From: Chromatiales bacterium
GTDB lineage: Bacteria > Pseudomonadota > Gammaproteobacteria > SZUA-152
NCBI GenBank assembly: GCA_027010265.1
Contig: JALVCE010000074.1
Coordinates: 17,269 to 81,268 of the forward strand
Direction of reading: 5' to 3'
Length of the DNA stretch: 64,000 nt
The position numbers and the translations under genes are program-made. This document shows positions 10,113-19,796 of this stretch, in pieces (the first letter of the stretch is position 1; every line of letters starts with the position of its first letter). The notes under the pieces were generated by a model. That model had not been told where the DNA came from. It saw nothing but the letters and a program-made list of their open reading frames with translations, and did not search any database.

Positions 10113-13018
10113 GCATGCGCCGTTTCCAAGAATATTGTTACGTAGCGCTACTTATTGTTATGCTGCTGTTGGCTGGTTGTGCCGGAAAGCAGACTATTGC
10201 AGACGATCCCACCATTCAGCAGTTGGCCAAGCGGGCCGCAAAAATAGAACCCCAGGCGTTGCCGCCACTGTCACGCGCCGATGTGCAGCGCACCTATGAA
10301 GAGCTGGCTTCCTCTACCAACAATCCTGCCTTGCGCGCTATCGCCCTGCAGCGCCTCGCCGACCTGGCACTGGAAAACAAACAGGCGGAACTGGCGGACG
10401 AGGGGGTGTCGAAAGAGGTGGCGGAGCAGGCAAGTCTTGCGAAAGCGGCGCAGGATCAGGCGGATGCTGCCAAACAGGAAGCGGCCCTGGAAGATATCGC
10501 TGAAGATCAGCGTGAACAGGCCCAGGTGGGCAGTGCCATCCATCAGTACGAGCGCCTGCTCAGCCTCTATCCGCAATATGAAGGAAACAACCGGGTGATG
10601 TATCAACTGGCTCGTGCCTATGAGTTGAACGGCGAGCTGGACAAGACCCTCAAGGTGCTAACCGGTCTGGTGACGAAATACCCCAATGAGCCCAATATGG
10701 ATGAGTTGCAGTTTAGGCGTGGCGAGATTCTCTTTACCTTCCGTGATTTCAGCGCGGCTGAAAAAGCCTACGCCAGTGTCCTGGCCATGGGCGAAACAAG
10801 TCCCTATTACGAACGCGCCATGTTCAAGCGTGGTTGGTCGGTGTTCAAACAGGGTGACACCGAGCGATCACTAGAATCTTATTTTGCGGTGCTGGATCGT
10901 AGTTTCGCCGGCGGACGCAAGCTGGCGGACTTCTCTCGCAGTGAATTGGAATTGCTGGAGGATACGCTGCGCATTGTCAGTCTGTCCTTTTCGTATCTGA
11001 AGGGGCCTGAAAGCATCGCCGCATTTTTCAAAAGCTATGGGCATCGGGATTATGAGTTCCGCATCTATCAACGCTTGGCGGATTTGTACCTGACCCAGGA
11101 TCGTCCAAGTGATGCTAGCGAGACCCTGATGGCCTTTGTGCGCCAATACCCCCAAGATCGCAACGCACCCCTGTTTACCGTGCGAGTCATCGACATCTAC
11201 AAACAGACCGGGCGTAAGGATGATCTGTTGCGCGCCAAGGCGGACCTGGTGACGGCCTACGGAGTGGGAACGGCCTTCTGGCAGAAACATGACAAGACAT
11301 TGCTGGCGCAATTACTGCCGCATCTGAAGTCGAACCTCGATGACTTGACGCGCTATTATCATGCCCAGGCGCAGCGCAGCAAAAAGCCGGCGGACTACCG
11401 TATCGCCGCACACTGGTATCGTACCTATGTGCGCTCCTTCCCCAAGGACAAAGAAACCCCGGCCAAGAACATGCTGCTGGCGGAAAGCCTGCTGGACAGT
11501 GGCGATGTGCAGGGCGCTGCTGCCGAGTTCGAATACACCGCCTATCAATATCCGCCACACAAGCAGAGCGCAGAGGCGGCCTATGCAGCCCTGCTGGCGC
11601 ATCGCGCCCAGGCCGAGTCACTGAGTGGTGCGGCGGCCGCGGTGAAACAACGCATTGCTATCGCCAGCGGCAAGCGTTTCGTGGCGACGTTCCCTGATGA
11701 TCCGCGGGCGGTGAGCGTGATGTCCAAGGCTGCGGAAGAGTTGCTGGCCCTGAAGGATTATGCCAATGCCGTGGGTACGGCCCACTATGTGGTGGGTCAT
11801 CCGCGAGTCATCAATAACGCCCCGGGTACACAAGACCTGGCGATGATCAACTGGGCCATCATCGCCCAGGGTGAATTTGAACTGGGGCATTACGTGCAGG
11901 CGGAAACCGCCACTCTCAAGCGTTTGCAGTTGGCGAGTGCGGACGACAAGGATCACAATGCGCACATGGAGCGGCTGGCCGCCGCCATTTACAAGCAGGG
12001 TGAACAGGCCAGAGCCGCGGGTAACTTACGCCTCGCCGCCAAGCATTTCCTGCGTGTGGGTAAGCTCACGCCCAAGGCAAGCATTCGCGCCAATGCTGAC
12101 TATGACGCCGCCGCCACGTTGTTTGCCAACAAGGACTGGGCGCTGGCCATTCCGGTACTGAAGGCCTTCATACAAACCTATCCCGGTCACAAGCTGCGTC
12201 TGGATGCGGACAAGAAACTGGCGCTGGCCTACGAGAAGAAGGGCGACTGGAAGCGTGCCGCGGATTCCATCGAGGTGTTGTACCGGGCGGAGACCGACAG
12301 CAACAAGAAACGCCTGCTATTATGGCAGATTGCCGAATTCTATGAAAAGGCCAGGCGACAGGATGAGGCCATTGAAGCGTACAAACGTTACGTGACAACC
12401 TTTCCCCGGCCCTTTGACGAAGCCATGGAAGCACGCCATCGGCTGGCGACACTGTATCAGAAAAAGAATCAGCCATTGTCCCGCAATTACTGGTTAGGCA
12501 AGATCATCGAGGCGGACAAAGAAGGGCCATCCACAGAACGCAGCCGTTTCCTGGCGGCCAATGCGGCGCTGGAGCTGGCACAGCCGACCTTTACCGTGTT
12601 TCATAAGGTGCGTCTGGTGCAGCCCCTGAAAGAAAACCTCAAGAAAAAGAAAAAGCTCATGCAGGAAAGCATTGCCGCTTTCACTGCGGCGGCCGATTAT
12701 GGCATCGAGGCGGTGACCACCGCCTCCACTTATCGCATAGCGGAAATCTACAGCGATTTCAGTAAGGGGTTGTTCGAATCAGAGCGGCCCAAGGGACTGA
12801 GTCCTGATGAATTGGAACAGTACGATATTCTGCTTGAAGAACAGGCCTTCCCCTTTGAAGAAAAGGCCATTGATGTGCATGGCGTGAATGCAGCACGGGT
12901 CTTTAAGGGGGTGTATGATCAGTGGGTGAAAAAGAGTTTCGAGGCATTACGCAAGCTGGATCCCATACGTTATGCCAAGTCTGAAAAAACAGCACAGGTG
13001 AGTCATGCCATTGAATAG
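10109..13018 (+). CDS. Large TPR lipoprotein (GltD/AgmU-like)
   Basis: Lipobox LAG|C; many TPRs (VMYQLARAYE, LQFRRGEILF, AMFKRGWS); C-terminal QYDILLEEQAFPFEEKAI...W motif as in GltD-type proteins. Confidence 0.8.
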   Translation: MSMRRFQEYCYVALLIVMLLLAGCAGKQTIADDPTIQQLAKRAAKIEPQALPPLSRADVQRTYEELASSTNNPALRAIALQRLADLALENKQAELADEGVSKEVAEQASLAKAAQDQADAAKQEAALEDIAEDQREQAQVGSAIHQYERLLSLYPQYEGNNRVMYQLARAYELNGELDKTLKVLTGLVTKYPNEPNMDELQFRRGEILFTFRDFSAAEKAYASVLAMGETSPYYERAMFKRGWSVFKQGDTERSLESYFAVLDRSFAGGRKLADFSRSELELLEDTLRIVSLSFSYLKGPESIAAFFKSYGHRDYEFRIYQRLADLYLTQDRPSDASETLMAFVRQYPQDRNAPLFTVRVIDIYKQTGRKDDLLRAKADLVTAYGVGTAFWQKHDKTLLAQLLPHLKSNLDDLTRYYHAQAQRSKKPADYRIAAHWYRTYVRSFPKDKETPAKNMLLAESLLDSGDVQGAAAEFEYTAYQYPPHKQSAEAAYAALLAHRAQAESLSGAAAAVKQRIAIASGKRFVATFPDDPRAVSVMSKAAEELLALKDYANAVGTAHYVVGHPRVINNAPGTQDLAMINWAIIAQGEFELGHYVQAETATLKRLQLASADDKDHNAHMERLAAAIYKQGEQARAAGNLRLAAKHFLRVGKLTPKASIRANADYDAAATLFANKDWALAIPVLKAFIQTYPGHKLRLDADKKLALAYEKKGDWKRAADSIEVLYRAETDSNKKRLLLWQIAEFYEKARRQDEAIEAYKRYVTTFPRPFDEAMEARHRLATLYQKKNQPLSRNYWLGKIIEADKEGPSTERSRFLAANAALELAQPTFTVFHKVRLVQPLKENLKKKKKLMQESIAAFTAAADYGIEAVTTASTYRIAEIYSDFSKGLFESERPKGLSPDELEQYDILLEEQAFPFEEKAIDVHGVNAARVFKGVYDQWVKKSFEALRKLDPIRYAKSEKTAQVSHAIE

Positions 13019-13328
13019 CACGTACACAAAAAAATTGTCAATCCTCCAATGCCTGTTTGCCTTTTGCCTGTGGTTGCTGCCGCTTGGCTACTTGATGGCC
13101 GAGGTGAAACTGGAGCTGGAGGAGACGGAGATTACCGGTGCCCGTGAATTACCCAAGGTGTTGTACATTGTGCCGTGGAAAAAAACCGCGCCGGATGCAC
13201 GCCCCCTGCCCATGAAAAGCATGATGAATGAAGTGCTGGAGCCCATTGATATGGATGTTTTCCGGCGCCAGGTGCGTTATTTCGAGTTCACCCATCCGGC
13301 CCCTGATCCGCAAGCAGCCCCACAATAG
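13005..13328 (+). CDS. Small exported protein (GltF/CglF-like)
   Basis: Signal peptide followed by LEETEITGARELPKVLYIVPW; follows the TPR genes. Confidence 0.65.
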   Translation: MPLNSTYTKKLSILQCLFAFCLWLLPLGYLMAEVKLELEETEITGARELPKVLYIVPWKKTAPDARPLPMKSMMNEVLEPIDMDVFRRQVRYFEFTHPAPDPQAAPQ

Positions 13329-13431
13329 GCGACCACTCACGCATCTTTGCGATATACTCCCGCCGAAGTCTACAGTTGGAGATGCCTTCGTTGCGGGATG
13401 TCTGTTTCACACGAGCGGGAGCCATTGTTGA

Positions 13432-14466
13432 ATGAGTGTCAGTGATCAACCCGGAAAACCGCAGGAATCCTTTGCCGCTCCCCTGTCCATTATTGTTCCG
13501 TTGTTCAATGAAGAAGACAGTGTCGTTCCGTTGATTCAGCGCGTCAACGAGGCGCTGGCTAATTACCCGGACAAGTGGGAGCTGCTGTTGGTGGACGACG
13601 GCAGTGTGGATGCAACGGTATCGCGGGTTTGCACTTATTTGCAGGAGCATAATATCCACCACGTGCGCCTTGTCGAATTGCAGCGTAATTTCGGACAGAC
13701 CGCGGCCATGCAGGCGGGTATCGATGCCTCCCGTGGCGAGGTAATCGTCACCATGGACGGCGATTTGCAAAATGACCCCATGGATATTCCGCGCATGGTG
13801 TCACGTATGTTGCGGGAAGAGCTGGATCTGTTGTCCGGCTGGCGCAAGGATCGCCAGGACAATTTGTTCTTGCGCAAGATTCCTTCGCAACTCGCCAACC
13901 GGCTGATTGGCAACATCACCGGTGTCCATCTGCACGATTACGGCTGCAGCCTCAAGGTGTACCGCGCCGCTATCATCAAAAGCGTGCGCCTGTACGGCGA
14001 GATGCATCGTTTCATTCCTGCCTGGGTGGCCTCCAATACCTCGCCGACGCGCATCAAGGAAGAAGTGGTGACCCACCATGCGCGGCAATTCGGTGAGTCC
14101 AAGTACGGTATCTCCCGTGCCTACCGGGTATTGCTGGATCTGCTGTTTGTGTATTTCTTTCTGCGCTTTCGGGCCCGGCCCGGTCATTTCTTCGGTCGCA
14201 TCGGGCTGGTGGTGGGCGCCATTGGCGGCGTGATTCTGGCCTACCTGGCTGTACTCAAGGTCCTTTTCGGTGAAGATATCGGCAACCGACCCTTGCTGTT
14301 GCTGGGTGTGCTGCTGGTGGTGGTGTCCATCCAGTTTTTTACCACCGGGATCATGAGCGAGATGATGGCTCGCACCTACTACGAGTCCTCGGATACCCAG
14401 CCTTACATGCTCAGTGTACGGGCCTGCCAGGACAGAGATAGCGTATCCTGGAAAGAGCCGGATTAA
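13432..14466 (+). CDS. GT2 glycosyltransferase, polyprenol-phosphate sugar transferase (ArnC/DPM-like)
   Basis: IIVPLFNEE, VDDGSVD, RNFGQTAA, MDGDLQNDP, GEMHRFIP; two C-terminal TM helices. Confidence 0.92.
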   Translation: MSVSDQPGKPQESFAAPLSIIVPLFNEEDSVVPLIQRVNEALANYPDKWELLLVDDGSVDATVSRVCTYLQEHNIHHVRLVELQRNFGQTAAMQAGIDASRGEVIVTMDGDLQNDPMDIPRMVSRMLREELDLLSGWRKDRQDNLFLRKIPSQLANRLIGNITGVHLHDYGCSLKVYRAAIIKSVRLYGEMHRFIPAWVASNTSPTRIKEEVVTHHARQFGESKYGISRAYRVLLDLLFVYFFLRFRARPGHFFGRIGLVVGAIGGVILAYLAVLKVLFGEDIGNRPLLLLGVLLVVVSIQFFTTGIMSEMMARTYYESSDTQPYMLSVRACQDRDSVSWKEPD

Positions 14467-15014
14467 CTCCTTCCCGACAGAAAAATGTGACCGCCGATTT
14501 CGCGGGTGACGTTGTGCACCTCGGCCCAGTAGGGGGCTGCCAGACGGGGGGCATAATAATGCAGCGCGCCCTTGGTGAGATCCAGGGCCTCGCGGATGCG
14601 CCGGGACAGCTTGCCATAGCGTTGATACGTGAATCGGGCGATCTTCTGCGCCAGGCGCCAGGCACGCTTGTCGGTGGGGCGGTCGCTCTTGCCGTCATGG
14701 GTCCAGCTGAACTGCCGCTTCTGCCACACCACGCCGCACACGCTGTTGGGGTAATGCCGGCTCTTCACCCGGTTCATGGTCACCATGGCCACCGCCAGTT
14801 GTCCTTCCGCTGGTTCCCCACGGGCCTCGAAATAGACATTCAAGGCCAGACAGCGCATTTCCTTGTTGGCCTGTTTTTGGGCGTTATCCTGCCCGGCGAG
14901 GGCAGGCGCGCCCGCGCTACCGAGTACGAGGCCGCCCAGGAACAGGAGAATGGGCTGCATGTGGCGTAAGCTAGTTACGGTTTGTTGGGTTCTTGCGTGT
15001 TTCATTGTGGCCAT
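14463..15014 (-). CDS. Cell wall hydrolase, SleB/Hydrolase_2 family
   Basis: CLALNVYFEARGE...GQLAVAMVTMNRV...YPNSVCGVV...QFSW...IGGHIF. Start uncertain (15014 or 15005). Confidence 0.9.
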   Translation of the reverse strand: MATMKHARTQQTVTSLRHMQPILLFLGGLVLGSAGAPALAGQDNAQKQANKEMRCLALNVYFEARGEPAEGQLAVAMVTMNRVKSRHYPNSVCGVVWQKRQFSWTHDGKSDRPTDKRAWRLAQKIARFTYQRYGKLSRRIREALDLTKGALHYYAPRLAAPYWAEVHNVTREIGGHIFLSGRS

Positions 15015-15102
15015 GACGGTTTTGCTTTTTGGCTGAATAGTAGCCCGTCGCGACACCCTCGGGATGGAACGGGCTGGTCAAATATTAACCATTGCCGCAC
15101 AT

Positions 15103-15120
15103 AAGCAAAATCCGGGCCAA
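15103..15120 (-). promoter_or_regulatory. Sigma54 (-24/-12) promoter of the SleB-like gene
   Basis: Minus strand TTGGCCCGGATTTTGCTT, i.e. GG-N10-GC. Confidence 0.7.
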
Positions 15121-15192
15121 GAATAATTAGGTGCGTGAGATCAATGGTTTAGGGGCTACTGATGAAAGGTGGCCCCGTGGGTGGGGGCGAAG

Positions 15193-15209
15193 TGTAAAGA
15201 AAACCGACA
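15193..15209. promoter_or_regulatory. Enhancer site TGT-N11-ACA (PrsR-type)
   Basis: TGTAAAGAAAACCGACA; 16/17 identical to the site at 18528. Confidence 0.7.
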
Positions 15210-15296
15210 GTTTTTATCAGCGGAAACTGATATTTTCAGAAGGGTTTTTGGGGCTCATTCGTTGCAATGGTCGCTGCGATGATTGGCCGTTGTGGC

Positions 15297-16529
15297 CTAC
15301 ATAGCGGATTTCACCAGGCGGCCGATGGTGAGTCCTTGCACCACAATGGAAAAAATCACGATGCTGTAGGTGATAGCGAGGATGACGTCCCGGGGTTCAC
15401 CGGCCGGTAATGACAACGCCAGGGCCACGGAGACACCGCCTCGCAGGCCGCCCCAGGTGAGAATTTTCACAGCGCCGGGGCTGAATTCACGCCGCAGGCG
15501 CAGCAGATTGACGGGCAGGCCCACGCTGATGAAGCGTGATGCCAGTACCAGCGGGATCAGCGCCAGCGAGGCCAGCAGTACATCCCGGGTGAATGGTAAC
15601 ACCAGAACCTCGAGGCCGATGAGGACAAACAGCACGGCATTGAGAATCTCGTCAATGAGCTCCCAAAAGGTATCGAGGTGTTCGCGGCTGTGTTCAGACA
15701 TGGCCAGCATGCGCCCCTGGTTGCCGATGAGCAGTCCGGCCACCACCACGGCGATGGGGCCCGAGGTGTGAATGGCAGAGGCCAGGGCGTAGCCGCCCAT
15801 TACCAGCGCCAGGGTGAGGAGGATTTCCACCTGGTAATTGTCCACCTGTTTGAGTAGCTGATAGGTGATCCAGCCGATAAGCAGGCCGAAAAGCACGCCG
15901 CCGACGGCCTCTTTGAGAAACAACAGGGCAATGTGCCCGGCACTGACATCCTGTCCGCCTGCAGCGATGCCCAACAGGACAATGAACACCACAACGGCCA
16001 TGCCGTCATTGAACAGCGATTCACCGGCGATCTTGGTTTCCAGACTCTTGGGAGCGTTGGCGGATTTGAGTATCCCCAGCACGGCGATGGGGTCAGTAGG
16101 GGAAATGAGCGCGCCGAACAGCAGGCAATAAATGAAATCCAGATGAATGCCCAAGGCGGACAACAAGTAATAGCTTGCTCCGCCCACCAGGAAGGTGGAG
16201 GTAAGTATGCCTATGGTGGCGAGGCTGGAAATCACCCATTTTTGTCTGGCGAGATCATCGAGATTGATGTGCAGCGCGCCGGCGAAAAGCAAAAAACTCA
16301 ACATGCCCTGCATCAGGGTTTCGTTGAAGTCGATAGAGTGCAACAGCAGGCGGGCATGTGATTCAAGATGTCCCCAGCCCAGCTTGCCGGCAGCGAGAAA
16401 GAGCAGTGAGACCACCAGGGAAATCAGCATCAGTCCAATAACGGTGGGGAGCTTGATGAAACGGTGGTTGATGAAACTGAACAGGGCGGATGCGGTGACA
16501 AGAATGGCGGCGATGTTGAGAATATCCAT
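15297..16529 (-). CDS. nhaP: Na+/H+ antiporter, CPA1 (NhaP) family
   Basis: [37 protein letters not shown] motifs; about 12 TM segments. Confidence 0.9.
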   Translation of the reverse strand: MDILNIAAILVTASALFSFINHRFIKLPTVIGLMLISLVVSLLFLAAGKLGWGHLESHARLLLHSIDFNETLMQGMLSFLLFAGALHINLDDLARQKWVISSLATIGILTSTFLVGGASYYLLSALGIHLDFIYCLLFGALISPTDPIAVLGILKSANAPKSLETKIAGESLFNDGMAVVVFIVLLGIAAGGQDVSAGHIALLFLKEAVGGVLFGLLIGWITYQLLKQVDNYQVEILLTLALVMGGYALASAIHTSGPIAVVVAGLLIGNQGRMLAMSEHSREHLDTFWELIDEILNAVLFVLIGLEVLVLPFTRDVLLASLALIPLVLASRFISVGLPVNLLRLRREFSPGAVKILTWGGLRGGVSVALALSLPAGEPRDVILAITYSIVIFSIVVQGLTIGRLVKSAM

Positions 16530-16710
16530 GAGGCGTCGATATAGAAGTTGTGCTGGTGGATTTGAATAGATTTTGGACGTAGTGGGTAGACGTAGTGGTT
16601 AGTGGAATAAGTGGAGTAAAGGTAACGGGAAAAACCCGCGTCAACAGGCCCTAGTATACCGACTGTGGTGACGGGTTTGTGAAGTCGTGTAACCGAGTTG
16701 GATAGATAAT

Positions 16711-17661
16711 ATGAAAAATCTGCTGACAGGAGCTCAACGTCCACTATTGTTATTCCTGCTGATGATAATCGTCCCCCAGTGGGTAGCGGCGGAGTCACTG
16801 GCGACCATGCTTGAAGCGGTGCGCAGTACGCAGGCCGGAGAATCAGACAGTGGCGGGTATACCCCCAGTGAAAAAGAATTAGCCATGGCGGAGGGATTGT
16901 TTCGCCGGGTGCTGGCCGGTGAAAGCGGGCCAAGGTTGAGACAGCAGTGGGCCGAGCTGGGCTTCGAGCTGACCGGGACGCGGAGTGAATCCATACCCAT
17001 GCTGGTATTGCAAGAGATTGGCGGTGGCTCAACACAAAGCAAATTTTTGGGTAAGGGTTTTTTTGCCTTTGCCGTGGGCCGGGAATCAAAAACCGTGTTG
17101 CAGGTACCGCACAGCTTTGCGGATGCGGACACTCGGGTCATCGCGCTGGAGTTAATGGCCCGGTACAATTTCCGTGCTGCGGCGTGGAATACAGCACCGG
17201 CGACATTGCCTGTGCATTCATCGCTGCCTCCGGATCTACAGCCACCCCCGAGGAAAGACTTCATGCTGGCATTCACGCGCGCGCTTTTGTTCGAGGAGCC
17301 GGAAAGCCGGGTAGTGCAATTACACAGCTTTGAAAAGACAAGAATGTACTCCAGTAATGCAAGACACGCGGATATCATTCTTAGTGGATATGGAGAGTCG
17401 TCAAATCAGGCCATTGGCTGGTTGAGCCGGTGTTTGAAGAAAAACCTGAACTACAAGGTGCGTACCTTTCCCTTTGAGGTGCAGGAGATGGGCGCAGGTA
17501 AGCGCATGGCTGGGGCGAATGAGAACCTCATTGGTGCAGTAATGCAGGCGTTTGATAGCCAGGGATTTCTGCATGTTGCCATGAGTGAAGGTTTTCGTGA
17601 GGAGCTGCGTGTTTACCCACAGGTGCAGAAAGCATTATTCGCCTGCCTTGGCCGGGAGTAA
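16711..17661 (+). CDS. Exported hypothetical protein (possible metallo-amidohydrolase-like fold)
   Basis: Long ORF with signal peptide; QVPH...D and VQLH motifs; function not assignable. Confidence 0.65.
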   Translation: MKNLLTGAQRPLLLFLLMIIVPQWVAAESLATMLEAVRSTQAGESDSGGYTPSEKELAMAEGLFRRVLAGESGPRLRQQWAELGFELTGTRSESIPMLVLQEIGGGSTQSKFLGKGFFAFAVGRESKTVLQVPHSFADADTRVIALELMARYNFRAAAWNTAPATLPVHSSLPPDLQPPPRKDFMLAFTRALLFEEPESRVVQLHSFEKTRMYSSNARHADIILSGYGESSNQAIGWLSRCLKKNLNYKVRTFPFEVQEMGAGKRMAGANENLIGAVMQAFDSQGFLHVAMSEGFREELRVYPQVQKALFACLGRE

Positions 17662-17729
17662 AACCGTCGAAATGAGATGAGGTCAGGGTCGGTGTTCAAT
17701 CCTGGTTAAGGTAGGATCAATCATAAAGC

Positions 17730-17756
17730 AAAAAAAACCCCGCCTGGTGGCGGGGT
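17730..17756 (-). terminator. Intrinsic terminator of the PEP-CTERM gene
   Basis: ACCCCGCC-TGGT-GGCGGGGT hairpin with an A-run on + (U-tract on -). Confidence 0.8.
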
Positions 17757-17782
17757 CAGTTGGCGCCCCTTTTGCGCTCTGA

Positions 17783-18406
17783 TTAAAGGGCGTTTTTCCT
17801 GCGAGCGAAACCCATGCCAACAAGTCCAAGTCCCAGCAGGGCGAGAGTTGCGGGTTCGGGCACCGAGGTGAACGGAGTCGAGAGGGTGCGATCGAAGTTG
17901 ACGGTCAGAGTGGATTTGCGGAAATACAAATCACCCAGGGTCACGGAAAGGTCGACGTTAAACAGGCCGGTGGCTTGCAGGCCGGAGAAGTCAAGACTGG
18001 AAAAATTCAGGGGATCGTAATCGATTTCGTACGTGCCAAGGTTGGTATCGTCCACGGTAACATTGAGGCCTTCGAGTTGACCGGAAGAGATGAGGTAGCG
18101 ATAACCGGAGTGACAATGAAAACTAAACCTGCTGCCATGGCAATAACCTGAACGGTAGCCGTAGCGATTGAAATCGGAGTCATAGTCATCAAACACATCA
18201 ATTTCCAATTGCACGGATGTGATTGTGTCCATGCTGGTGTCAAAACCATTGTCATTGATGTTATGGATGTAGCTGTACTTTATTGGAGCAGCCAGAAGGA
18301 GGTCTGGCTCCGGGTCAACGACGTTGGTGATCAGGCTGGCGCTGGCGCTGGCGACCCAGCAGAAAGTCAGCAGTGTGGCGAGGGGGAAAAGGCGAAAATA
18401 CGACAT
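17783..18406 (-). CDS. PEP-CTERM exosortase-sorted surface protein
   Basis: Signal peptide (ASASA); C-terminal VPEPATLALLGLGLVGMGFARRK; GGAG RBS before ATG 18406. Confidence 0.93.
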   Translation of the reverse strand: MSYFRLFPLATLLTFCWVASASASLITNVVDPEPDLLLAAPIKYSYIHNINDNGFDTSMDTITSVQLEIDVFDDYDSDFNRYGYRSGYCHGSRFSFHCHSGYRYLISSGQLEGLNVTVDDTNLGTYEIDYDPLNFSSLDFSGLQATGLFNVDLSVTLGDLYFRKSTLTVNFDRTLSTPFTSVPEPATLALLGLGLVGMGFARRKNAL

Positions 18407-18450
18407 GTTATGCACTCCAAAGCGTGAACAATAAACTGATATTTTCGACA

Positions 18451-18467
18451 AGCAGTATTTATGCCAA
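18451..18467 (-). promoter_or_regulatory. Sigma54 promoter of the PEP-CTERM gene
   Basis: Minus strand TTGGCATAAATACTGCT, GG-N10-GC. Confidence 0.75.
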
Positions 18468-18527
18468 CAATTTATCTATCTGTTTTTCAAGGAATAATTT
18501 TTGAGTATCTACATTTTTCATCTGATG

Positions 18528-18544
18528 TGTAAAGAAATCCGACA
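18528..18544. promoter_or_regulatory. Enhancer site TGT-N11-ACA (PrsR-type)
   Basis: TGTAAAGAAATCCGACA upstream of a sigma54 promoter of a PEP-CTERM gene, the known architecture for this regulon. Confidence 0.75.
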
Positions 18545-18611
18545 CCAGCGAAAAATACTGGTTGACTGGAAGGGCGGCGGTCGCCGCTTTCAGGATGATG
18601 ACGGGCTGACC

Positions 18612-19796
18612 CTAATTCAGCGCCTTGTCCATGAACAGTCGTTTGATGGGAGATAGGCGGTCGGTAAGTGCCAGCCCGGTGTTACGCAGTACGCACAGGC
18701 CAGGGAGGTTGTTGCTGAACAGCTGTTTGAACAGTCCCATGGCCTCGAGCATCAGCAGGTTTTCTCCGCGGCGGGCGCGCTCGTAACGGCGCAGGGTCTT
18801 GAAGCTGCCGATGGGTTGTTGCGCTGCCAGTGCGGCCAGCAGCGTCTCGGCGAGACACCGCGCATCGGCGAAACCCAGGTTGACGCCCTGCCCGGCCAGG
18901 GGGTGAATGGTGTGCGCCGCGTCGCCGATCAGTGCCAGATGGGGTTTGACGTAGTGCGTCGCGTGCCGGCCCTTGATGGGGAAGCGGGCGCGGGGGCCAC
19001 TGTGCACCACGGCGCCCAGTTTCTTTTCGAAGGCCTTTTCCAATTCGGTGTTGAAGGCGGTCTCGTCCAGCTCGCACTGGCGCACGGCCTCGTCGTCACT
19101 GGTGCTCCAGACGATGGAGCAGATGTGGGGGTCGCTCATGGGCAGCAAGGCCAGCGGCCCCGTGGGCAGGAAGCGCTGCCAGGCGGTGTGTTGATGCGGC
19201 AGCTCGGTGGTGACGTTGGCGACCACGGCGGTGTGGCGGTAGTCGCTGAGCTTGACGCCGATGTTGGCCTGCTCACGCACCCAGGAGCGTCCGCCATCGG
19301 CGCCCACCAGGAGCTCGCTGCGGAGTATTGTCCCGTCCGCTAATTCCAGTTGGGCGCCGTGGTTGTCCAGCTGGAGTCTGCCTGGAGTGCTGGGGCAGAA
19401 GATATCGATGTTGTGGAAATCGCCGGCGCGGGTGAACAGGGCCTTGGTGATGACCCGGTTCTCGATGATGTGGCCGAGGTTGGGCTCACCGATCTCGGCG
19501 CTGTCGAAGTGAATGCTGCCCGTGCCGGCGGCGTCCCACACGTGCATCTCGGTGAAAGGGGAAACGCGCATGTCGCACATGGCCTGCCACACGCCGAGCC
19601 GTGCAAAAAAATTCTGCGAGCCGCGGCTGATGGCGCTGACCCGCAAGTCCATGGAATCCTCGGGCCATTGCAGCAGGGGTTCGCGGCCCTCGATGAGGGC
19701 GATGGTCAGATCGCTGTCGCCCAGCGCACAGGCCAGGGCGCTGCCCACCATGCCGCCACCGACGATGACGATGTCGTAGTGTTTTTGCGTGCTCAC
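18612..19796 (-). CDS. ubiI: FAD-dependent ubiquinone biosynthesis hydroxylase (UbiI/VisC-like)
   Basis: GGGMVG; LIGDAAHTIHPLAGQGVNLG; downstream of ubiH. Confidence 0.85.
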   Translation of the reverse strand: MSTQKHYDIVIVGGGMVGSALACALGDSDLTIALIEGREPLLQWPEDSMDLRVSAISRGSQNFFARLGVWQAMCDMRVSPFTEMHVWDAAGTGSIHFDSAEIGEPNLGHIIENRVITKALFTRAGDFHNIDIFCPSTPGRLQLDNHGAQLELADGTILRSELLVGADGGRSWVREQANIGVKLSDYRHTAVVANVTTELPHQHTAWQRFLPTGPLALLPMSDPHICSIVWSTSDDEAVRQCELDETAFNTELEKAFEKKLGAVVHSGPRARFPIKGRHATHYVKPHLALIGDAAHTIHPLAGQGVNLGFADARCLAETLLAALAAQQPIGSFKTLRRYERARRGENLLMLEAMGLFKQLFSNNLPGLCVLRNTGLALTDRLSPIKRLFMDKALN

